A DNA stretch of 63,907 bases, filler included, from Basidiobolus meristosporus CBS 931.73 (taxonomy: Eukaryota > Fungi > Basidiobolomycota): assembly GCA_002104905.1 (NCBI GenBank). It is 3 parts of 3 records of this genome, joined end to end, with 100 filler letters (N's around TTAATTAATTAA, not from the genome) between each part and the next. Parts side by side here need not be neighbours in the genome. Positions count along the whole stretch, not along the records: positions 1 to 24,108 come from MCFE01000955.1; positions 24,209 to 56,100 come from MCFE01000835.1; 1 more part is not named here. The stretch is one strand, 5' to 3'. This document shows, in pieces, positions 12,148 to 24,218 of this stretch. The notes beneath the pieces were generated by a model. That model was not told the DNA's origin. It saw nothing but the letters and a program-made list of their open reading frames with translations, and ran no database searches. Made by a program: the position numbers and the translations under genes. How positions within the stretch are numbered: the stretch's first letter is position 1; each line of letters starts with the position of its first letter.

Positions 12148-14046
12148 ATGGCCGCACTGTCTTCTTTCCTAGTCACTAGATCCAAGAAGCTACTGCATCG
12201 TATTCACAAAAAGCCCGGCCCAGTTCGCACACACAACATGGTCAGCAAGTTGGTCCAGCCCCCCTCGACCCGCCTCAACGAGGGCCACCGTCTGTTCGCC
12301 CTGGGTGAGCACTATTTATTCGGACGCCAAAACTTCCCACTCGACGAGGCGAAAGCGGTGGAGTATTTCGAGAAATCCGTCGAGCATGGCTACCATCAGT
12401 CCATCGGGCTATTGGCCTTCTGCTATGAGTTCGGTTTAGGCGTCGTCCGAGACTTCAAACTGGCCGAGGAGTATTACCTCAAGGCCGCCGAGTTCGGGGA
12501 CGGTTTGTCCCAGGCCAGGTTGGCCTTTCTGCGCAAGTACGGCCGACCCAACGTGAAGATTGATTGGGCCGAAGCCGACATGTGGCAGCAGCGAGTAGAG
12601 AAGCTTGGTAAGTCGGGGATCTCCTGGCTCCTGGATGCCTCCATCCTCGAAAACCACTCCGCCGCCCAGTACTGCCTTGGCGTCTGTTACCACGATGGGA
12701 TCGGCGTTTCCAAAGACCCCCACGAGGCCTACAAATGGTACAAGAAGTCTGCGGAGCAGGGTCATCCCCGTGGCCAGGGGATCCTCGGCTACTGCTATGG
12801 CGAAGGCTTCGGCGTAGCCAAGGACGAGGTGGAGGCAATGAGATGGTACAGACGCGCAGCTGAGCAAGGCGAATCCGTGGCCATCTACAACGTCGGCTAC
12901 TGCTACGAAGATGGCATCGGCGTTGAGCGAGATGTCGTTGAGGCCGTCAGATGGTATAGACTTTCCGCGGAACAAGGAAACGCCTTTGCTCAGAACTCCC
13001 TCGGTTACTGCTACGAGGATGGTATTGGTTTGGAAAGGAACGAGGTGGAGGCCGCCCGGTGGTACACCCGTTCCGCAGAGCAAGGCTATCCTTGGGCCGA
13101 ATGTAACCTCGGCTACTGCTACCAGAATGGGATTGGCGTTGCGAAAGACGAGACCAAGGGCGCTTATTGGTACCGCCGAGCCGCACTTCAAGGTCACGCT
13201 CGAGCCCAGCACAATCTCGGCTTTTGTTTCCAAAATGGCATCGGTGTAGAGAAGAACGAGAAAGAGGCGGTTAAATGGTACAATGCCTCAGCTGGCCAAG
13301 GAAACATCTTCGCCCTGCATTCCCTGGGGTACTGCTACCAGAACGGTGTTGGTGTCGAGGTCGACCTGCAGAATGCCGTTTACATGTACACCCTGGCTGC
13401 TTACAAGAACCATGCCCCCGCCCAGCTCTCTTTAGGCCTTTGCTATCGTAATGGCTTAGGCACCAAGAGGGACGACCAGGAGGCGGTCAAATGGTTCCGG
13501 CGTGCCTCTGAGCAAGGAAATGTCATCGCTCAAAACTCCCTTGGGTTCTGCTACGAAGAAGGCTGCGGTGTTGAGCGTGATCTGAAGAAGGCAGTCTACT
13601 GGTACATGCGCTCTGCGGAGCAAGGGAACCCTTGGGCTCAATGCAACATCGGCTACTGCTACCAAAGCGGCATTGGCGTAGAAAAGAATGAGGAGAATGC
13701 CGTCCACTGGTACTACAAGGCAGCACAGCAAGACCACCCCCGTGCTCAGGATAAGCTCGGCCTGTGTCTTCAGTATGGTTTCGGTACCAAGCGTATGCCC
13801 ACCTCGGCTGTGTATTGGTTCCGCCGCGCCGCTGAGCAAGGCTACGTCTCGGCACAATACCACCTGGGTAATTGCCTGGAGAAGGGGATTGGAATGGAGG
13901 CCAACTTAGAAGAAGCCGCCGCGTGGTTTCAGCGCGCCGCCTCCTCAGGTGATCAGATGTCCAACTATAGACTCAAGAAATTACTGACTCATCATTGCCT
14001 GAGCTCCGTGCCTTTCCAACATGGACATATCGCCTGCGCAGCCTAG
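12148..14046 (+). CDS. Sel1-like repeat (SLR) protein, about 15 repeats, intronless
   Basis: 36-aa repeats AQxxLGxCYxxGxGVxxDxxEAxxWYxxAAxQG counted by eye (12 contiguous canonical, 3 N-terminal degenerate). The start may be the downstream Met at 12238. Confidence 0.92.
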   Translation: MAALSSFLVTRSKKLLHRIHKKPGPVRTHNMVSKLVQPPSTRLNEGHRLFALGEHYLFGRQNFPLDEAKAVEYFEKSVEHGYHQSIGLLAFCYEFGLGVVRDFKLAEEYYLKAAEFGDGLSQARLAFLRKYGRPNVKIDWAEADMWQQRVEKLGKSGISWLLDASILENHSAAQYCLGVCYHDGIGVSKDPHEAYKWYKKSAEQGHPRGQGILGYCYGEGFGVAKDEVEAMRWYRRAAEQGESVAIYNVGYCYEDGIGVERDVVEAVRWYRLSAEQGNAFAQNSLGYCYEDGIGLERNEVEAARWYTRSAEQGYPWAECNLGYCYQNGIGVAKDETKGAYWYRRAALQGHARAQHNLGFCFQNGIGVEKNEKEAVKWYNASAGQGNIFALHSLGYCYQNGVGVEVDLQNAVYMYTLAAYKNHAPAQLSLGLCYRNGLGTKRDDQEAVKWFRRASEQGNVIAQNSLGFCYEEGCGVERDLKKAVYWYMRSAEQGNPWAQCNIGYCYQSGIGVEKNEENAVHWYYKAAQQDHPRAQDKLGLCLQYGFGTKRMPTSAVYWFRRAAEQGYVSAQYHLGNCLEKGIGMEANLEEAAAWFQRAASSGDQMSNYRLKKLLTHHCLSSVPFQHGHIACAA

Positions 14047-14561
14047 AACCAACCTCACATCTGTATCGCATACATCTTTCCCACATACTTCTCACCTACA
14101 TACATACTTCTAATGCCCTTACACTATTCTAATGAGCCGAGCCCATCTAATACGCCCTCCCCCTCTCACCACCATCAACCTAATCGCCAACCAATAGTTC
14201 CCCAAGTCAATCTGCCTGTACAAAGTTCAATAAAATTGACCCTCAAAGATGGAAAAAAAATCGGCTATTAAGTTTGGTGCCTTAAATGGAGTATTCCACC
14301 CTGACCCATCACCTATTTGTCCTATAGGATCATGTGAGCCCATTTTCTCTCATCTGGTTGCCATTTTGAGCGGGTTCTGGGCATTTCACACTGGATGATA
14401 AGCTGATTGTTCTCCCCTTCTACCATCGACCTCTTTCCGAAGTGAAGACAAGCCCTAGCATTCCTCTTGACCGACATATCCACGTTGAGGTAGTTGATCG
14501 CGGCCGGGATTCCAAGGGTTCATTTACAAGGCGGAATTGCTGACTTGGTTACGTTTTAGAA

Positions 14562-15910
14562 ATGACCATTCCCGACTCCGCCAAAGACTTCGTTGCCGGC
14601 ACTATCGGAGGTTGGGCTCAAGTTGTAGCCGGGCATCCTTTCGATACTCTTAAGGTGAAACACACCAAGCATATAGCGCACTATCGTTCCGGAGCGCTGA
14701 CTGGGGTTTCGATATAGGTTCGTCTCCAAACTCAAGGGGTTCCTCCCAAATACACCGGCGGCATGGATTGCTTCCGAGTCACACTGAAAGAAGAAGGGGT
14801 AAGCAACACTGTTCGAGCATTTCCCCACACAGCCCGTGCTCACCACGAGTTGCACCCGTAGTTGGCTGGTCTCTACCGAGGGGTCACCTCCCCCCTGGCC
14901 GGTATTGGCTTTTGGTAAGAATCAGAATAGGCCGCTCGCGCCACGGGAGAGTTTCTTGCTAACGGGCGGATGATTTCCAGCAACGCCGTGGTATTCAGTG
15001 CCAATGGATACTTCCGAAGAATGCTCCGTGCCGGTGAGGACCAACCCCTGACCCTGAGTACGTGTCTCTTGAATGTTTCCCCAAGTCCCCGCCAGTACTA
15101 AACCAGAGTGCAGCCCAGATCACCGTCGCTGGTGGTATGGCTGGTTCGGTCATGTCGTTCATCAATTGTCCTGTGGAGCTGCTGAAGGTGAAACTCCAGG
15201 TTCAAAGCAATGCAGTGGCCACCGGGGCCGCTGATGCCGTCAAGCCGGTAAATGAGCCAGGGAGGTTGCATCCAGCAGACCCGTCACTAACTCCATCCTC
15301 CCCAACAGTACACCGGGGTGTTCAACTGCGGGGTGAGAACCTTCTCCGAACACGGGATTCGAGGACTGTACCGTGGGATCAGTATTACCATCATCCGAGA
15401 TATCCCAAGTTTCGCCGCCTACTTTGGTACGTTGTTAAGCACACTTGGGCGCCGTAGACCTCCAACTCCGGCCTGATCAACCCATGCTCTTGATGCACCT
15501 AGGTATTTATGAAGGACTCAAGGCTAGCTTTTCCCACAGCTTTGCGGCCGGTCGTGAGCTCAACGGATTTGAGTTGCTCATGGCCGGTGGCATAGCCGGC
15601 ATCGGTTGTTGGACGGTATGCTATCCTCAGGACGTGATCAAGAGCCGCATGCAGAACGACAGAAGGTAGGCTGCCATCCGCCGCGTCGGGCCAATCGATT
15701 GCCTCTTCTCAACCTTAGTTCTCTCCCTATAGCTACAAGAGCTTCGTCGACTGTGCCATCAAGCTGAATGCCGAGTCGGGCTATCGGGCCTTCTTCCGTG
15801 GCTTTGGACCCACCATGGCTCGTGCTTTCCCTGCGAACGCCGCCACATTGTGGGCTTATGAGATGGCGATGAAGTGGATGAACTCCGACGAGGAAGCAGC
15901 CATTCTCTAG
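14562..15910 (+). CDS. Mitochondrial carrier (SLC25), carnitine/acylcarnitine or YMC/ornithine-type; 8 exons
   Basis: Three PX[DE]XXK signatures (PFDTLK, PVELLK, PQDVIK), plus DFVAGTIGG, GLYRG and RAFPANAA, reconstructed across seven GT-AG introns. Stop at 15908-15910. Confidence 0.9.
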
Positions 15911-16192
15911 ACTGCATGGGGGCTCCACTCCATCGCACACCCAACCCCCCATTTAACATCCGATTCAACAGTGAACAGTGCGTTGTTGGATAAACTTCAG
16001 CTTCAGATTTATTTTCCAGATCTACCACGACCGTCCTCCCCCCCCCCCCGAGTTGGTCAGCCAACTGGTAACGGGTGAATCGTTTGGATGAATAAATGGC
16101 ACAAATATGTTCCTTGATCTTGTTACTAGAATAGTCGGATTTTTACATTAAAGGCTTGGGAAATATTACACGTACACTGGCATGACAGTGGG

Positions 16193-18234
16193 TCATGTGT
16201 GGGTCTTTGGAAATTTACACAGTTTAAGTCTCAGTAGATCACCTATCTCGTTGATCTGCTGCAGCGCCCAATCCAGATCCTCCCTGGTGTGCGTCGCGGA
16301 GAGACAGAACTTCGCCCTCCCGCTCACGAGCGGAGTATTCGGGTAGGCGACCACACTGACCGCAATCCCCCGGGAAAGACACTCCCGTGAGAAGGCCCTG
16401 CAGAGAAGTCAGTGAAACTGAGGGATCCTACGTGTTGGTGAGGTGGAGATACTTACGGGATCTTCGCCGGGTTGAACAGGACCAATGGAACGATCGGTGA
16501 ATCGATATCCCCGTAGACGATAAAGCCCATCTCCCGGAGCCTGGAGGAGAAGTAGCGGGCGTTGAAGACCAGCCTCTCCAGCCTTCGGATCCCTTCGTTG
16601 GTTCCGTCCTCGCCCATAACGATCGTCACACTCGAGATGATCTGCTGTAGCACAGGGATCGATAGAGTCTCCGCATAGACCGAGGAATAGCATTGTAGAC
16701 GCAGATGCTCGACGATCTCTCGTGAACCGGCAACATATCCACCAGCCGCACCAAAGGATTTAGAGAACGTTCCCATCATGATGTCCACCTCCGAAGACGA
16801 GACACCCCAATAGTCACAAATCCCCCTGCCACAGGATCCGAGGGAGCCGATGGAGTGTGCCTCGTCGATGTAGAGATAGAACTTGTATCGCCGCTTTAAT
16901 TCCAGTATCTCTGGCAGTCGAACGATGGACCCCTCGTTAGTGTAAAGGCCCTCAACAACCACCAGGATTTTTTTCCATGGTCGATGGGTGCGAGGCTGTC
17001 CCTGGGAGATGGCTTGGCGAAGGACCTGCTCAAGACTATCGATACCTGGTTCGAAGTTAGCGATCTCAACGATGCCGCTTCGCCAGAAATCCATTTGCAA
17101 AGACTTACTGTTATGCTTGAAGACACGACTAGCCGCGCCAGAGATTCGGGCACCGCTGATAAGTGATGGGTGGTTGAACTCATCAGAGATCACCAGGCAG
17201 CTCTAAAACGTTCGTGGTGAGTAGACGCACCCTAGCTACATGCCGATCATCTACAAAAGCAATACCTTGGATACCAGGGCTGGAAGGGTGGTTGCATTGG
17301 CGGCATACCCAGTGCTTACAATCATGACTGCCTCCTGTCCAACAAATCGTGCAATCAACTTCTCGGCGTCGTTGTGCAGCTCATGGGTTCCTAAGAATAC
17401 GCTCACATGAGATGGGGTCGATCTTATGGCTAGGCCTAGCGATAGTAACCAACAAACCTCCTTCGAAACGGGTGCAGTTTGTGCCGAGCCCATACTCTAG
17501 TAAGCTTTCTTCGACAGAATCGGTGCAAGGGCCATCGTTCTCGGAGAAGCCAAGGTAGTTGTAGGAGCCCAAGTTCAGCAGGGTAGTTGTTCCCCCAGTG
17601 TATCTGTTTCATGCGATCGGCAGACGTCAGTACGTGCCCATTGAAGGCCTCGCATTTCTGTTCCCTTACCTAAAAGTGGAATTGAAGTCTATGCTGGTTC
17701 GATCCAAAAGGGTGACGAATCTTCCGGGTATACCGAGCACAGGGCGGTTGAAACAGTCGCTGATCCGGCGATAAAGTCTACGTCTGTAAAAGCTCTCGAA
17801 GTCCGATATCATGGGTGCATAGCCCTAGAGAGGTCAGATCAGTTGGATACTCGAAACCGCGATGGGAAATTGAGTTGACATACGTCCATAAAGCTGAACG
17901 GTATATATTCAGAGCTGTTGAACACCTTCCCGAACAAATCTCTTAGGTGGCCAAAGAGGATAAGAATGATATAGCCGCAGTAGGTCGTGATCAAGATTGA
18001 TAACGGTACATCCTCCAGCTCCTCGGGGTGGCTCTTCACCGTTTTGGGCGGATTTCGAGCAGGAACCAGGTGATCTCGTACTAGGGGCGAATCGTCGTCG
18101 GTTTCACTTAAGAGTGGTGATAGTGAGTGGGCAGCTGAGGATAAGGGAGGTGTCAAAAGGCAGGGCTCCTCCTCGTCTTTCGAGAATGAACTGGTTGAAA
18201 AGATGTGCTGAAGGGAGCGCTTTCCTTTCCCCAT
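16193..18234 (-). CDS. LCB2: Serine palmitoyltransferase catalytic subunit (LCB2/SPTLC2 family); 6 exons
   Basis: [29 protein letters not shown] and the PLP lysine motif [10 protein letters not shown]-terminal exon PAFSRECL...THTREDL ends at TGA 16193-16195. Confidence 0.93.
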
Positions 18235-18781
18235 TCTACCGGTGGGCAGGGCTTTGTTCAGTTGTGGAGTACGAATATGATGGGAGAAGCTGGGGAAGTG
18301 AGAGAGGCGTAACTGGAGGAGTAAACAAGGTATCCGAAGCGCTCGGTGATATACAGATGATAGCAGAATTAAGTGGCAGTGAGGATCGTTTTATGACTCT
18401 CGACGTCCACATCCATTAGTTCACATGCCGAAAAATTCCCCATTTTGATTCGACAGTCTCGACATGCGCTGTATGCTCACTAGGCGACCAAATAATACCA
18501 TGTTGGTGGGAAGTCCGGATGTCGCAGCAATCGAAAAAAACCGGATCCGGTGATCTTATGTGTGGAGGAGAAACTAAATGACTTGTCCAGCTCATCAGAA
18601 AATACGCACGCTGAATGGTCAGAAAAAAGCAGGGAAATTCGAAATTCGATTGATGATTTCTTGCCAAATTTTCCAATTCTTGAAGTCAAAGCCCGCTCAT
18701 TACCTTGAAGCTAGATTAAAATACACATTTTCTTTCTTTGTATAGTTTAATTTTAGGAAGGTCCTTTTCTTAAACACAGAT

Positions 18782-20943
18782 ATGAGTGCCGAAGTACGTG
18801 ATTACGGTTCCTGGGAGAGTCCTATCTCTGCAACCCTACTTGCCTCTTCTTCAGTGGCCATCTACGATGTCCACGTTGAGCCCACCACCAATACTGTTTT
18901 TTGGGTGGAGGGTAGACCGGAAGAGGGTGGACGCGCCGTCCTACTCCTAAAGCGACTTGAGGAGAGTTTGGATGAGAATGCCGTAGAGCTTACGCCACAT
19001 CCATTCAGCCCCAGGACTCGTACGTCGACTAAAGTGCAATATCGCTAACCTTATACTAAGTCCGGTCTTTCTAATCTAGGCGTGCACGAATATGGCGGTG
19101 GAAGTTTCAATGTCAAGGAGAACATAGTTGTTTTCTCTAACGACCTTGACTTCAGACTGTATAAAATAGATCTCAACCAGCCGGAGAAAATCATCCCGGT
19201 GACCCCTGATGATGGTTCTTATCGCTACGCCGACCCCACCATCCATGATTCGGGGAAGTTTCTGATCTGCGTCAGGGAAGAGCACAAACCACTGGGCGAG
19301 GGGCGGGAGGATGTAATCAATACACTGGTTGTTGTCCGACTTGATCTACCCGAGGATGTTTTCAACGTTACGGTCTTGACTCAAGGTCACGACTTTTACT
19401 CTTCCCCAAGAGTTAACCCCTCCGACCCTACACAGCTAGCGTACATCACGTGGAATCTGCCTTTTATGCCATGGGACAGTACCCGTCTCTGTACCGGAGT
19501 GTTGGCCATCGACTCTGATGGTGAAGTAACCCTGTCGGAGAATAAGGAAATTGCTGGTCATAACGTTCTTCCTGAAAGCATTGGTCAGCCTAGGTTCAAC
19601 AACGATGGCTCGCTGTACTTCGCTTGCGACAGAACCGGGTTCTGGAATCTTTATCACTACGACAAAGAGCAAAACATTCCTGAGCTGGTGCTAGAAAAGC
19701 CAATGAAGGCGGAGTTTTCGGTTCCGGAATGGCTCTTCAATCGCTCGACGTTCTCCATTCTCTGCTCAGATGCGACGAAGATTGCTGCAGCATACGCCGT
19801 GGAAGGGACCTTCCACATCGGAATCATCGACACGAAGGAGAAATCCCTGAAGGAGTTGCCAACCCCATTCACTATCATATCGAACGTGAGAGCGTTGAGG
19901 CACCCGGAGAGCAACCACGACATCCTGATCTTCACCGCCGGCAATCCTTACCACGAGCTGAGCCTGGTGCTGTACGATGTCCAAGCTGAGAAGGTAATCA
20001 AGACCATCATCGAGACCGGCCGGGTTCATATTCCCGAATCCGTCATTTCCATCCCCGAATCTATTACCTTCCCCACAGAGAATGGCCAAGTAGCATACGG
20101 ATATTACTATCCACCCAAGAACGACCGATTCAAGGGCCCGGACGACCAGAAGCCACCGCTCCTCACCATGTCCCACAGTGGGCCTACCTCGCAAACGTTC
20201 AGCTACTTCAATTTGAAGATCCTATATTGGACCTCCCGAGGATTCGCGGTGGTGGATGTGAATTATGGCGGAAGCACCGGCTACGGCCGGGAGTTCCGCA
20301 ACCGGCTTAAAGGTAGCTGGGGGATTGTCGATGTTGATGATTGCTGCAATGCGGCCAAGTATCTGGTTGATCGGGGTTCTGTGGATCCTAAGCGTCTTTC
20401 GATCACTGGAGGGTTTGCTGGTGGATACACCACCCTTTGTTGTCTAGTATTCCGACCCAACGTTTTCAAGGCTGGTGCCAGTTACTCTGGCGTGTCCGAT
20501 CTGGAGATGTTGGTCTTGGGCATTCACAAGTTTGAAGCAAAGTATCTTGGTAAGCTGCGTTAGCCCTAAGCCACGTCGAGTCACTGATTAAACTTCCTCA
20601 CCATGTAGACGGTCTTCTGGGGCCCTATCCGGAAGCGAGAGCGGTCTATCAAAAGCGATCCCCGCTCCACCATGCCGACCAAATTACCAGTCCCTGCATC
20701 TTCTTCCAAGGTTTGAATGATCAGATTGTCCCCGCGAAACAGGCCGAGATTATGGTCAACGCTTTGCGGAATAGCAAAGTGCCGGTGGCCTACGTGACAT
20801 TCGAGAATGATCAGCACGGGCTTCATGTGGCTACGAATATCATTCGATCGACTGAAGCGCAGCTCTGGTTCTTCGGCAAGCTGTTCGGCTTCCAGCCGGC
20901 AGACAAGATCAAGCCAGTCCCGGTCGATAACATCGATGCTTGA
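18782..20943 (+). CDS. S9 family (dipeptidyl/acylaminoacyl peptidase-like) protein with Ser-to-Phe at the nucleophile; 3 exons
   Basis: YGSWESPI, TRVHEYGGG, RYAD, NYGGSTGYGREFR, QGLNDQIV (Asp) and QHG (His). The nucleophile elbow reads GGFAGG. Introns 19020-19079 and 20550-20608. Confidence 0.9.
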
Positions 20944-21755
20944 TCAAGAGACCATGCCATATCGAGCTCAGCCGCCGCCACTATCACCACCACCTTTGTT
21001 TCCCTACAAATGTAAGCTAGTTTTACTCCAAGCATTTCACTCTTCAATTTTGAAAGTACACACGAACATCCAAATTAAACCGTAATTGTTTTCAACACAA
21101 CCTACTCCTTCACTTGCTCCTTGTGTCCATCGTGTGATCCTGGAGTTCATCTCGCCCATACTTTCCAGTCCATACAACCTGGCAATGCCATGGCCTTGTT
21201 CTTGATCCATCCGTGTGCGAAAGCCCATCTGAAGGGCTACACTTCACCTTGGCCACAGGCGCTGTCATGGATGCGCCATTTCAATAAACTAGTTCCAAGT
21301 GCCCACCAGTCACGGGAGCCCAACTGACCACCATCTCATCTCCCGTGCACCCTCGCGCGCGCCGACCGGTCCAAGTTCCGTTTGCCAAGGGGCTTTTTGG
21401 GCGCCATCTAATCTTGACGAAATCCACTCGTCATCTATCTGATTTCACCAGCGCAACTGAAACCCACTGTTTCCCTGGATCAACAAAGATAGAAAAATGG
21501 ATTTATCCGCATTGGTAACTCGATCAACCGGAGATTAGGAACGATGAGACACCTTGCCATTTATGGCCCCCTCTGAAACAGCGGTTATCAAGGTTCTGAA
21601 GGTTATGTTCACAGGATAATCGTACCACGCGTCACGATTACTGGAGATTCAACACAATTGGCTATCCCTAAATTATCTCGTGTGCATGCTGTTAATACAT
21701 CTCTATATAAGAGACGGGCGGTCCTTGGTTGACCATTAGTTATCATTGCATCACA

Positions 21756-22310
21756 ATGCCCATCCACAGTGCCAACTCCGAAGTCTCCCTTGTCCCGGTC
21801 TCTAAGAACTCCAAGTACCTCTTCTCGTACGATCTGCTCTCGCCCGAGATTCAAGCCACCCTGCCGAATGGCCTGCTCATGAGACCTCTAGCCGCAACCG
21901 ACTACAACAGCGGTTTCTTCGAATGTCTGGCCCAGTTGACCTCTGTTGGAGACAGCTCCGAGGCCACATTCGTCGAAACCTTCGAGGCCATGCGTAACAC
22001 CAACAACTACTACGTGGTTGTCATCGAAGACCAAGAGAGCGGTCGGATCGTTGGTTGCGGGACCCTGCTGGTAGAGTATAAATTCATCCGCGGCTGTGCC
22101 AAATCCTCCCACATTGAAGACATCGTGATCGATGACTCCCAACGAGGCAAGCGACTTGGGGTCCGCATGATTGAGCAACTCAAGGCCCTCAGCGAGAAAC
22201 TCGGCTGTTACAAGGTCATTCTGAACACCAACCAATCCAACATCGCCTTCTACGAGAAGTGCGGACTAACCTTGAAAGATTACCAGATGTCCTGCTACCA
22301 TCACGCATAG
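21756..22310 (+). CDS. GNA1: Glucosamine-6-phosphate N-acetyltransferase
   Basis: GNAT motifs: FFECLAQLT, LLVEYKFIR, HIEDIVI, QRGKRLG, GCYKVIL, FYEKCG. The start codon is uncertain (21729 or 21756). Confidence 0.9.
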   Translation: MPIHSANSEVSLVPVSKNSKYLFSYDLLSPEIQATLPNGLLMRPLAATDYNSGFFECLAQLTSVGDSSEATFVETFEAMRNTNNYYVVVIEDQESGRIVGCGTLLVEYKFIRGCAKSSHIEDIVIDDSQRGKRLGVRMIEQLKALSEKLGCYKVILNTNQSNIAFYEKCGLTLKDYQMSCYHHA

Positions 22311-24108
22311 CCGCCCCCTTTCCTGCCTTGATTCGTTGTTGTACTAATATAATCTGTAGATTTGTCCAATAAATTCCATGTTTTTCCCAATTCTGACGGA
22401 TCGTGGTGTGATGGGAAGGGTGATACCTCGCGTATCGGGAAGTATTCAACATTGCTTATCTGAAACCTAGGGCCGAATTTGGGTAGGCTTCATGAATTAG
22501 ACTCAGATTGTAATAGATGATCGGAGCACCAACTTGAACCGTGGTTTCAGTTAATTTCCGGCTTTCCTCTGAATTGCCCAGGTAAATTGCCTGCCAAATC
22601 CGGTCCACAACCAAACAAACCCATTCCCATTTCCGGACAGTGGGTGAGGTTATTTTTATTGGGCCAAGGTTAAAAATAGCCAGTGACGTGAGGGGCCACC
22701 CGGATCGAGGGTCGCATGCACGCCTTCCTGCGTAGGTGGATTGCAGGAGCATTTGGTGGGTTTCCATCCTAGCACCAGCTCAACCGACCTCATAGACATG
22801 TGAATACGAAGGCGGTGCCCCTTTCTGCTTCGAATCGAGCCAACCTGTTTCGTATGATATTAATTCGGGTCACCACAACGATCACCTCTTCCCTAATCTA
22901 TTCGCCCATCTCTGCTACCCACGAGCAGGTGGGTTGGCTGAAATGAATCATGCTCAGTGGTTTCGAGGTCGACCTTTCTTGCCTACACCCAAACGCCCAT
23001 TTTCGAACATGTGGTATCTCGATCGATTGCTTAGAGGTGAGATCGATCCCGTGTAGCTCACCCATTACCGTACTAAGAGCACGTTCCCTCTCCAGCTACG
23101 GTATACTTAATGTTGCTTAAGTGGTTTTTACTAGAACTCGGGTAGCTTTGATCCGTCTCTTCCCCCCAACAAACACCAGCATGGCGAGCTGCCAAGTCCT
23201 CCATCAAGGTGATACCAGTCGGGCTGTGTTGAGTTGAACTTTATCGGATCACTGCATCCATTTGCCAAATTTCATCAGGTGGTGGAACCCATGGGTCTAA
23301 CATGCCACCCCACCCCTACCAATTGACTCTTCACCTGATTGTCTCACCTCGATCTCCGTTTCTGTGGAGAAACAGTCTGACCTCTCTCCCCCCAGTGTCT
23401 TTCTAGGGATGGCTTGGTGATATCGATGGCTCGCTCTTGGCCATATGTACTGGATCTGAACCAGCATGCAGCGGCTGCCTAGATATGGTTCGTATCGATG
23501 CTTCCAAATCTTACCGTTATCCAGAGGATCTATAGGGTGGAAAGACTACCTATTCTTTCACGTGAGGTCACCCCCCATCAGGACAGGATCGCCTGTAAAC
23601 AATGATGCCTTCGGATTTTCACTGGGGAACTGATACCTCCGCTACACCCAGTTAGGTCCAGGGGTTGCTCACACCCGTCGTTGCTATCCATGCCACCTAC
23701 CCAGTTCCGGACCCTCGCTGGATTGATGTGTTGCTGACTGAGCTAGATCACGGGTCCCTTCATCGGCCCGGGTGACCAACTTGCCCCGGTGAGGTTCTTC
23801 AGCACACACTCACCCGGTCCTCTGGTTATCCCCAGAATCACCTTGGAGGAAGGTCAATGGGATGGTTTGGGAGGGTCTGTCAGGGGGAATTACTCGCAGG
23901 TCAAAGTATGGCCTGGGATGACGCCCATTGGTGAACGGAATGTTACAGACGAACCACCAGCAAGTGCCCTCGCTCGCCATCCCAGATAAAGTGGGAAGAG
24001 CTGCGACCTTCTCAACGTTTGATGCATCCCCTGGTCAACTGAGTATAGTAACCATGAGAGAAGGTGAGCGAGGGAGTGAGTTCCGGTGCGACACCGGTGA
24101 TCTGTAAC

Positions 24109-24208
24109 NNNNNNNNNNNNNNNNNNNNNNNNNNNNNNNNNNNNNNNNNNNNTTAATTAATTAANNNNNNNNNNNNNNNNNNNNNNNNNNNNNNNNNNNN
24201 NNNNNNNN
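24109..24208. other. Scaffold gap with artificial TTAATTAATTAA linker
   Basis: 44 N + TTAATTAATTAA (24153-24164) + 44 N; the structure is identical to the second gap. Confidence 0.97.
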
Positions 24209-24218
24209 AGGCGCTTCA

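Noticed and set aside
12436-13233. 265-aa antisense ORF
   Set aside because: Shadow of the GC-rich, codon-biased Sel1 gene.
14029-14046. CaaX prenylation box on the Sel1 protein
   Set aside because: It ends ACAA with Cys third from the end, so it is not a canonical CaaX.
24153-24164. TTAATTAATTAA palindrome inside N runs (also 56145-56156)
   Set aside because: Identical and centred in exactly 100-bp gaps, with stops in all six frames; an assembly linker, not biology.
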